Shown: positions 61,801 through 64,000 of the stretch, piece after piece
Numbering within the stretch: position 1 is the first letter of the stretch
Layout of the letters: each line of letters starts with the position of its first letter
DNA from: Somniosus microcephalus
Lineage: Eukaryota
Direction: 5' to 3'
Length of the DNA stretch: 64,000 bases
Assembly: GCA_052327205.1 (NCBI GenBank)
Contig: CM126211.1
Coordinates: 179,180,001 to 179,244,000, forward strand
The notes under the pieces: generated by a model
The model's database searches: none
Told to the model about the DNA's origin: nothing
Seen by the model: only the letters and a program-made list of their open reading frames with translations
Program-made: the position numbers and the translations under genes

Positions 61801-62638
61801 AATAAATCCCAAGACACACCATACTGCGATAGTGAATTTCACATTTAAGGTGAAAACACAAAAGCTATCACAGGTAGTCTCCAATTAAATCTCAAGGTTT
61901 TATTAAACTCAATACAAAAGTAAGGCTTCAGGAAGGGCTTGACTGGGGTGGTTCCTTGGACAAAAGTGACACACAACTCCTGCGCTTTACTAAACCCGGA
62001 GAGAAATCCCGTGCACTTTTTAAACGCCACTTGAATGAAATGAGACTAAATACAAGAATGCACCACACACTGGAGTTCAAACCATGAGAGTCGCAGACAG
62101 AAGGAGGAGCAGCGAGACTCTCGGCGGCGGAGGAGGCACAGGTTTCCCGGGGCTGCAAACACAGCCCACCGCGCTTGCTCGGCGCCCGCTTACCGCACCT
62201 ACATCAGGGAAGGTTGCCGCCGCCGCCCAGCCGGCCCAGGGAAGGCCCGCTCCGAGCGGCCGCCACTGCAGCACGGTGGGGAAGAGGCGGTGTGCGGGGG
62301 AGCCCGGCTCCAAAAGGCGGAGGCCTCGCTCCTCCATCTCATTTTAATGAATATTTTCGCCTCCCCTTTTTTCCTCGGCCTGACAGCAGCACCAGGCCGG
62401 AACGGAGCCCGGGGATGGGGATAAAACGGTGAGCCGGCAGGCAGGGACGGGCGCCGTAGTCTCGGGTTCCCCCTCGCCGCCGCTCTCCACGGGGAAACCC
62501 GCTGACAAAACCCTCCGCTGCGGCTGTTGCAGAAGGAGAAGCGAGCGATCCCCCTCCCCGAGCTGCGGGGCCTCCCCGCTGGGCACCTACCATGGTACAA
62601 ATGGAAGCGAGTTTCCCGACTGTCATTAGTATTTCCAT
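4192..62638 (-). CDS. USP12: Ubiquitin carboxyl-terminal hydrolase 12 (USP12/USP46 family), full spliced CDS: join(62591-62638,48276-48356,41725-41938,31967-32202,31345-31421,31060-31143,19804-20001,12292-12370,4192-4293), 372 aa
   Basis: Nine exons joined by hand through GT-AG junctions with consistent phases (48+81+214+236+77+84+198+79+102=1119 nt). Cys box [21 protein letters not shown], His box [13 protein letters not shown]-terminus YILFYQSRD*. The N-terminus MEILMTV and residues EYKYY, MDQLH, DATNPDR, SHDFW match USP12 rather than USP46 as I recall them. Confidence 0.93.
4562..4706. mobile_element. Short palindromic MITE, PIF/Harbinger-like
   Basis: GGGTGTGAAATTCATCTT...AAGATGAATTTCACCCCC; whole element folds back; AAT on both flanks. 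Confidence 0.75.
5104..5220 (-). mobile_element. CR1 3' UTR fragment
   Basis: Reverse complement of the CR1 tail (GATCAGCCATGATC...GGCCTACTC...CTATGTTCC) seen in the long copies. Confidence 0.75.
5378..6305 (+). repeat. 61-bp tandem array (15 full units plus a partial) forming the 5' end of CR1 element A
   Basis: Unit TTACAAGAGAGCGCGAGAGCGGGCCGGAGATAAAAGGGCACGACTGAGCCGACCAGCGGGA; TACAAG recurs every 61 nt from 5381 to 6235. Confidence 0.95.
7391..8069 (+). mobile_element. 3' fragment of a second CR1/L2-group LINE family, inserted in ORF1 of element A
   Basis: ORF 7448..8005 ([13 protein letters not shown]...WNSLP); the CR1 sequence GTCCTGG|GAATCGAATAACTAGG resumes after it; same family as 20497-25248. 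Confidence 0.85.
8113..8417. mobile_element. Tc1/mariner (Tigger/pogo-like) MITE in the ORF1-ORF2 spacer of element A
   Basis: TIRs CAGGAAACTTTGTGCTATCCGG / CCGGATAACACAAAGTTTCCTG, TA duplicated at 8111-8112 and 8418-8419; the equivalent empty site is seen in element B (AAACTAACTAGTGGGG). Confidence 0.9.
12035..12195 (-). mobile_element. Old CR1 3' fragment
   Basis: ATCATACAGCACAGAAGGAAGCCATTCG...TATATCCAATTCCCTTTTGAAAG, typical reverse CR1 tail. Confidence 0.6.
12292..12370 (-). CDS. USP12: USP12 exon 8 (His box [26 protein letters not shown])
   Basis: TAG acceptor, GTATGT donor, 79 nt. Confidence 0.95.
13468..14330 (+). mobile_element. L2 LINE 3' fragment
   Basis: ORF 13568..13840 (VRNLGVIFD...[17 protein letters not shown]), LHWLP segment, tail GTTGCTGTTGCTGTT. 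Confidence 0.88.
14424..14635. mobile_element. Penelope-like inverted pseudo-LTR remnant with a 14-bp flanking duplication
   Basis: ACAGAAAATGCTGGAAATACTCA...GCAGCATCTGTG mirrored by CACAGATGCTGCC...TTCCAGCATTTTCTGT; TTCTGGATCACCTA at 14410-14423 and 14636-14649. Confidence 0.75.
15190..15445. repeat. Degenerate ~29-bp minisatellite
   Basis: Recurrent TTCCCAGTGCTACCAAACCCCAG-like units. Confidence 0.45.
15832..16312. mobile_element. Decayed Harbinger-like MITE, same family as 42352-43083
   Basis: GCTGATCTTGCCGACGGGAATTTAGGACCAAATTTCCT aligns with 42415-42452; ends CTCGAATTTCC / GGAAATTCCGGAG. Confidence 0.55.
17037..17743. mobile_element. Decayed Harbinger-like MITE
   Basis: Ends GGGCCGTAATTTGC / GCAAATTCCAGCC; internal ACCTCTCTGGCCC shared with 40911-41660. 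Confidence 0.5.
18140..18845. repeat. Pyrimidine-rich low-complexity region
   Basis: C/T-dominated sequence with loose CCTCTAACCC-type repeats. Confidence 0.6.
19067..19293. mobile_element. Old palindromic MITE-like element
   Basis: Centre AATTTTTCTTCTATT..AATGGAAGAAAAATT; outer TTTTGTCT..CCTGGG / CCCAGG..AGACAAAA. Confidence 0.5.
19300..19558 (-). mobile_element. LF-SINE-like fragment
   Basis: Reverse similarity to 46980-47365 (AGCAGGAATCCAGGTTGCTTTTCCCCCT vs AGGGGAGGAATCAGCCAGAGTGCCTGCT). Confidence 0.5.
19804..20001 (-). CDS. USP12: USP12 exon 7 ([17 protein letters not shown]...[10 protein letters not shown])
   Basis: CAG acceptor, GTAAGC donor, 198 nt; ORF track 19800..20036. Confidence 0.95.
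20497..25248 (+). mobile_element. 5'-truncated LINE of the second CR1/L2-group family, split by an antisense CR1 (pieces 20497-21736 and ~24658-25248)
   Basis: RT motifs [27 protein letters not shown]; the sequence is continuous across the insertion when compared with 7481-7520. Confidence 0.88.
21737..24657 (-). mobile_element. CR1 LINE, near-complete ORF2 (APE + RT) with frameshifts, sense to USP12
   Basis: ORFs 23481..24698, 23165..23383, 22256..23149, 21877..22194; [10 protein letters not shown]; tail CTTCTATGTTTCTATG; 35-bp tandem duplication near 22195-22270. Confidence 0.93.
26133..28404. mobile_element. Tigger/pogo-like MITE containing a CR1 insertion
   Basis: TIRs CAGGGATCCCTCCCCAACCGC / GCGGTTGGGGAGGGATTCCTG with TA at 26131-26132 and 28405-28406. 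Confidence 0.88.
26353..28354 (+). mobile_element. Young 5'-truncated CR1 with an uninterrupted RT reading frame (no endonuclease domain)
   Basis: ORF 26293..28272 (659 aa) with [38 protein letters not shown]; tail CTCTATGACTCTATGA. Confidence 0.93.
29693..30894 (+). mobile_element. Probable solo LTR
   Basis: Composition shift and retained CpGs; TGCAAC...CCCCTACA ends; CCAAT plus TATAA near 30277-30290 followed by CAGTT repeats; AATAAA at ~30737. No TSD found, so boundaries are uncertain. Confidence 0.45.
31060..31143 (-). CDS. USP12: USP12 exon 6 ([27 protein letters not shown])
   Basis: CAG acceptor, GTAATC donor, 84 nt. Confidence 0.95.
31345..31421 (-). CDS. USP12: USP12 exon 5 ([25 protein letters not shown])
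   Basis: CAG acceptor, GTATGC donor, 77 nt. Confidence 0.95.
31967..32202 (-). CDS. USP12: USP12 exon 4 ([19 protein letters not shown]...TRCLNCET)
   Basis: CAG acceptor, GTAAGT donor, 236 nt; overlaps ORF track 31907..32185. Confidence 0.95.
32310..32860 (+). repeat. ~60-80-bp monomer array (8 variable units) at the 5' end of element B
   Basis: Unit GACTACAAGAGGCCCCAGAGGCTCAGGTAGGCCTCAGTGCGGCATCGGCAGCGGGTGGAGGCGGAGCAGCGC(GGCAGAGC). Confidence 0.9.
34518..34963. mobile_element. Tigger/pogo-like MITE inserted in ORF2 of element B, carrying captured host sequence
   Basis: 24-bp TIRs CAGGTAGACTATCCTTTATCCGAA / TTCGGATAAAGGGTAGTCTACCTG; TA at 34516-34517 and 34964-34965; the CR1 frame (..GTTAATA|AAGGAAGGAATC) continues across it. 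Confidence 0.92.
34639..34794 (-). pseudogene. ERCC6: Captured fragment of ERCC6 (CSB) C-terminal coding sequence, 52 codons, no stops
   Basis: Translates [52 protein letters not shown]; human CSB as recalled reads [52 protein letters not shown]. Confidence 0.85.
37593..37684 (+). repeat. 29-bp tandem repeat x3 in the 3' region of element B
   Basis: GGCCCTGTGGGTAGCGGAGCGGGCCCAGG repeated three times. Confidence 0.9.
38060..38650 (-). mobile_element. Old L2 fragment
   Basis: GCATTGTAATAGTCAAGTCTGGAGATGACAAAGACATGGATGAGGGTTTCGGCAGCAG is the reverse of the L2 [12 protein letters not shown] segment. Confidence 0.65.
38847..40748 (+). mobile_element. 5'-truncated CR1, same subfamily as 21737-24657 and 43893-44778
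   Basis: ORFs 39076..39453, 39551..40081, 40082..40606 are nearly identical in peptide to the minus-strand copy; tail CTTCTATGTTTCTATG. Confidence 0.92.
40911..41660. mobile_element. PIF/Harbinger-like MITE ending 64 bp from the exon 3 donor
   Basis: TIRs GGCCTGGATTTTGCG / CGCAAAATCCGGGCC; flanks AAT / ATT. Confidence 0.75.
41725..41938 (-). CDS. USP12: USP12 exon 3 (catalytic Cys box [17 protein letters not shown]...TRLRKEN)
   Basis: TAG acceptor, GTAAGA donor, 214 nt. Confidence 0.95.
42352..43083. mobile_element. PIF/Harbinger-like MITE
   Basis: TIRs GGGCCAGAATTTCCTG / CAGGAATTTCCTGGCC; ATT on both flanks. Confidence 0.75.
43893..44778 (-). mobile_element. 5'-truncated CR1, sense to USP12
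   Basis: ORF 44032..44574 ([19 protein letters not shown]); CR1 tail. Confidence 0.9.
45668..46655. mobile_element. Decayed Harbinger-like MITE hosting a SINE
   Basis: Ends GGCCTGTGGATTTCACT / AGTGGAAACGCCAGGCC. Confidence 0.5.
45925..46244 (-). mobile_element. HE1-type V-SINE (tRNA head, V domain, CR1-derived tail)
   Basis: Minus strand GGCAGCACGGTGGCATAGTGGTTAGCAC (A box), GGGTTCAAATCC (B box), V domain GGAGTTTGCACATTCTCCCCGTG...GGTTTCCTCCCACAGTCCAAAGATG, tail TTCTGTGATTCTGTGA. Confidence 0.88.
46740..46925 (-). mobile_element. CR1 3' fragment
   Basis: CACAGAAGGAGGCCTTTCAGCCCATC...TTTATTTCCCTCA reverse CR1 tail. Confidence 0.65.
46980..47365 (+). mobile_element. LF-SINE-like tRNA-derived SINE (old)
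   Basis: TGGCTCAATGGGTAA A box, AGTTTGATCCCTGGTCTG B box, body AGGGGAGGAATCAGCCAG...GCTCACACATGAA...GAACTGCACC; family assignment from memory. Confidence 0.55.
48276..48356 (-). CDS. USP12: USP12 exon 2 ([27 protein letters not shown])
   Basis: Pyrimidine tract + CAG acceptor, GTAAGT donor, 81 nt. Confidence 0.95.
48915..49436 (+). mobile_element. L2 3' fragment
   Basis: Aligns with 13725-14325; tail AAGTTGTTGTTG. Confidence 0.85.
49997..50243 (-). mobile_element. CR1 3' fragment
   Basis: AGAAACATAGAAAAATAGGAGCAGGAGTAGGCCATTCGGCCC...AGAATTCCACAGGTTCAC. Confidence 0.85.
50615..51240 (-). mobile_element. Old CR1 fragment
   Basis: CTAGTCTCTCCTCATAACTAAAGCCTCTCATCCCTGGTAGGATCTTAGTGAATTT is the reverse of the [17 protein letters not shown] segment. 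Confidence 0.7.
51253..51508. repeat. 21-bp minisatellite, ~12 copies
   Basis: Unit CCGCTCTCCCCTACTCACTCT. Confidence 0.92.
52490..52730 (+). mobile_element. Decayed Penelope-like pseudo-LTR
   Basis: TTCTGTCATTTAA...AGTTCTGATGAAAAGGT...ATGCTGCCTGAC...CAGCATTTTCTGTTTTTGTTTC. Confidence 0.55.
52755..53717. mobile_element. Harbinger-like MITE with ~290-bp imperfect TIRs and a central AT-rich palindrome
   Basis: 52755-53038 mirrors 53411-53717 (e.g. ACGCATCTGGCCG / CGGCCAGATGCGT and TTATCGTGGAGCTTCTGAAA / TTTCAGAAGCTCCACGATAA); ~53205-53410 is self-complementary. Confidence 0.8.
53816..54596. repeat. Unclassified fold-back element: ~345-bp inverted arms (53816-54161 / 54255-54596) with a 93-bp spacer
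   Basis: Arms read as reverse complements; the outer ~140 bp differ at a single position by eye; mirrored ORFs 53734..54240(-)/54382..54612(+) reflect the symmetry. Confidence 0.9.
54600..55046. mobile_element. Right half of a Harbinger-like MITE
   Basis: Ends GAATTTCTGGGCC followed by ATT; subterminal hairpin ACGGGGCTTGCA-CGCGC-TGCAAGCCCCGT. Confidence 0.6.
55145..55472 (-). mobile_element. SINE-like element sharing its 3' tail with the second LINE family
   Basis: 55150-55255 is the reverse of the tail at 7955-8060; the rest is unrelated non-coding body sequence. Confidence 0.6.
55788..55854. repeat. Compound microsatellite (GGAC)n(GCAC)n(GC)n(GCAC)n(AC)n
   Basis: Direct reading; ~55 bp of alternating purine-pyrimidine. 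Confidence 0.9.
59600..59993 (+). mobile_element. CR1 3' fragment
   Basis: AATTGAAATATACAAGATTCTGAGGGG...GAATCTTTGGAATTC...TTCTTATGTTCTTAT. Confidence 0.8.
60090..60535 (+). mobile_element. SacSINE1-like Deu-SINE
   Basis: tRNA-like head (TAGTGGTATCAC...GAGTCAGAAGGCTGTGGATTCAAG); Deu domain GAGGGAGTGCTGCATTGTCAGAGGTGC...AAAAGATCCATGGCACTA...GTGGGATCTTGC; L2-like tail GGTGCTACATAAATG. Confidence 0.75.
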
Positions 62639-62760
62639 CCGTCCAGCGCCATGTTTCATCCGCTCACTCAGCGCCGACTGGGGGCGGGGTGGACGGCGCG
62701 GAGACCGCGGGGTCCTAGCGCCCGCAAGATGAATGCGGCCCGACCTCCTGGACACACATT
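62080..62760. promoter_or_regulatory. CpG island / promoter and 5' UTR region of USP12
   Basis: GC- and CpG-rich stretch spanning exon 1; GC box GGGGCGGGG near 62680; YY1-like AACATGGCG on the minus strand near 62647-62655. Confidence 0.75.
62591..62638 (-). CDS. USP12: USP12 coding exon 1 ([16 protein letters not shown])
   Basis: ATG at 62638, donor GTAGGT after 62591; lies in the CpG island. Confidence 0.93.
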
Positions 62761-62894
62761 CACGAACGTACATTCGTAAATGCATTTATTGTAGATGTAA
62801 AAAAAACAGAACATTTTAGAAACACACAGCGCGTTTGTTGGCATCCGTAAACAGAAACGGCAAGTGCTTCTTTTGATCGCACTAGTCAACATTT

Positions 62895-63780
62895 TGATTA
62901 ATCAAATCAACTGTAAATCAATAAAACCTTAAATAAAACTTAACAGATCAAATCAAAATTGTGTTGGCCAGGGTGATGATGCACTCCAGTCCCCGCGGCG
63001 CCCACCGGTCGCGGAAGGCCTCAAGCGTGCCGGTGGACACCGCGTGCTCCATCTCCAGGGCCACAGGGGCGCGAACATAGACGCGGAAGAGAGGCAGGCA
63101 ATCAGGCCGAACGACCCCCCCCGACCGCCCGCTGACTGGACCTGTTTATGGCCATCTTCGCCAGGAGCAGTCCCACGAGGAGGTCCTCCGACCTGCCCGC
63201 TCCCCTCCGCACCGGGTGACCGAAGATCAGGAGCGTGGGACTGAAGTGCAGCCAAAAATCAAGGAGCAGCCCCTTCAAATATTGAAAGAGGAGCTGCAAC
63301 CGCTCACATTCAACGTAGGTATGGAACACGGACTCCTCTAGGCCGCAGAAAAGGCAGGCGGCCTGGGAGTGCGTGAACCTACTTAAAAACTTATTGCACG
63401 GGACTGATCTGTGCAACACCCTCCAGGCCAAGTCCCCAATAGAACAAGGGAGGACTCCCGCGTAGAGAGCCCTCCAATGGGGACCTCCACCTCCACCGGA
63501 CGGCAAGATGGCACACCAAGGCATGTCTGGACGGCAGACGAAGATGGCAAAGTGGAGTGTGTGCAGAAGCAGCCCATACAGGAAACCCCTCCGCGCAGAG
63601 CTAAAGGGCACGGAGGGTATTTCCTTGAGATGGCTCAAGTTGTGAGGCGCCGGTTCCCGAGGGGGGTTTCGGGGCCGCGCGCCGATGAGGAATTCCGTCC
63701 GAACGGGGGTCAGTTCGGATGTGATCACGCCACGTGCTTGAGCCTCCTCGATACACCTAGTGGAGTCGGGGCCCAGTCAA
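62895..63780 (-). mobile_element. Tx1/L1-clade LINE 3' fragment immediately upstream of USP12
   Basis: ORF 63102..63728 with LAWRVLH...ACLFCGLEESVFHTYVEC (CCHC zinc knuckle of L1/Tx1 ORF2) and an AT-rich 3' tail. Confidence 0.8.
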
Positions 63781-63831
63781 AAATGGCAGGTGTCAGAATG
63801 TTGGCCGATGGTGTATTTCCAGCATTTGCTG

Positions 63832-64000
63832 ACAACAACAACTTGTATTTATATTGCGCCTTTAATATAGTTAAACATCCCAAGGTGCTTCACAGGAATG
63901 TTATGAAACAAAAGTTGGCACCGAGCCACATAAGGAGAAATTAGGGCAGCTTGGTCAAAGAGGTAGGTTTTAAGGAGCGTCTAAAAGGAGGAAAGAGAGT
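63832..64000 (-). mobile_element. L2 3' end (continues beyond the window)
   Basis: ACAACAACAACTTGTATTTATATTGCGCC...GGTCAAAGAGGTAGGTTTTAAGGAGCGT, the reverse of 14150-14325. Confidence 0.85.

Noticed and set aside
4192-62638. Calling the gene USP46, or U12-type introns
   Set aside because: The N-terminus and most diagnostic residues fit USP12; all eight donors are U2-type GT without the ATCCT signature.
62077-62785. Several overlapping ORFs at the promoter
   Set aside because: GC-rich CpG island with few stop codons; only 62591-62638 matches USP12.

Overview
Vertebrate genomic DNA, most likely a shark or other cartilaginous fish (inferred from the HE1/V-SINE, SacSINE1-type Deu-SINE, Penelope remnants and CR1 families). 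The window holds one complete protein-coding gene on the minus strand: USP12 (USP12/USP46 deubiquitinase family). It has 9 coding exons from 62638 to 4192, all GT-AG introns, 1119 nt / 372 aa, a CpG-island first exon and a probable ~3.3 kb 3' UTR. The introns are packed with nested transposons: two full-length CR1 LINEs with tandem-monomer 5' ends and an esterase ORF1, several truncated CR1s (one with an uninterrupted RT frame), a second CR1/L2-group LINE family, L2 and Tx1/L1 fragments, SINEs, a probable solo LTR, TA-flanked Tigger/pogo-type MITEs and AWT-flanked PIF/Harbinger-type MITEs. The most notable observation is a 446-bp TA-flanked MITE (34518-34963) carrying a 52-codon in-frame fragment that I recognise as the C-terminal coding exon of ERCC6/CSB, bounded by a TCCGCGG repeat, i.e. 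a Pack-type gene-capturing DNA transposon. Other leads are an unclassified 780-bp fold-back element, a TIR-bounded cassette with an open RT frame, covarying hairpins in a MITE, and inverted young CR1 pairs flanking USP12 exons. All homology calls come from recalled sequences, not database searches.
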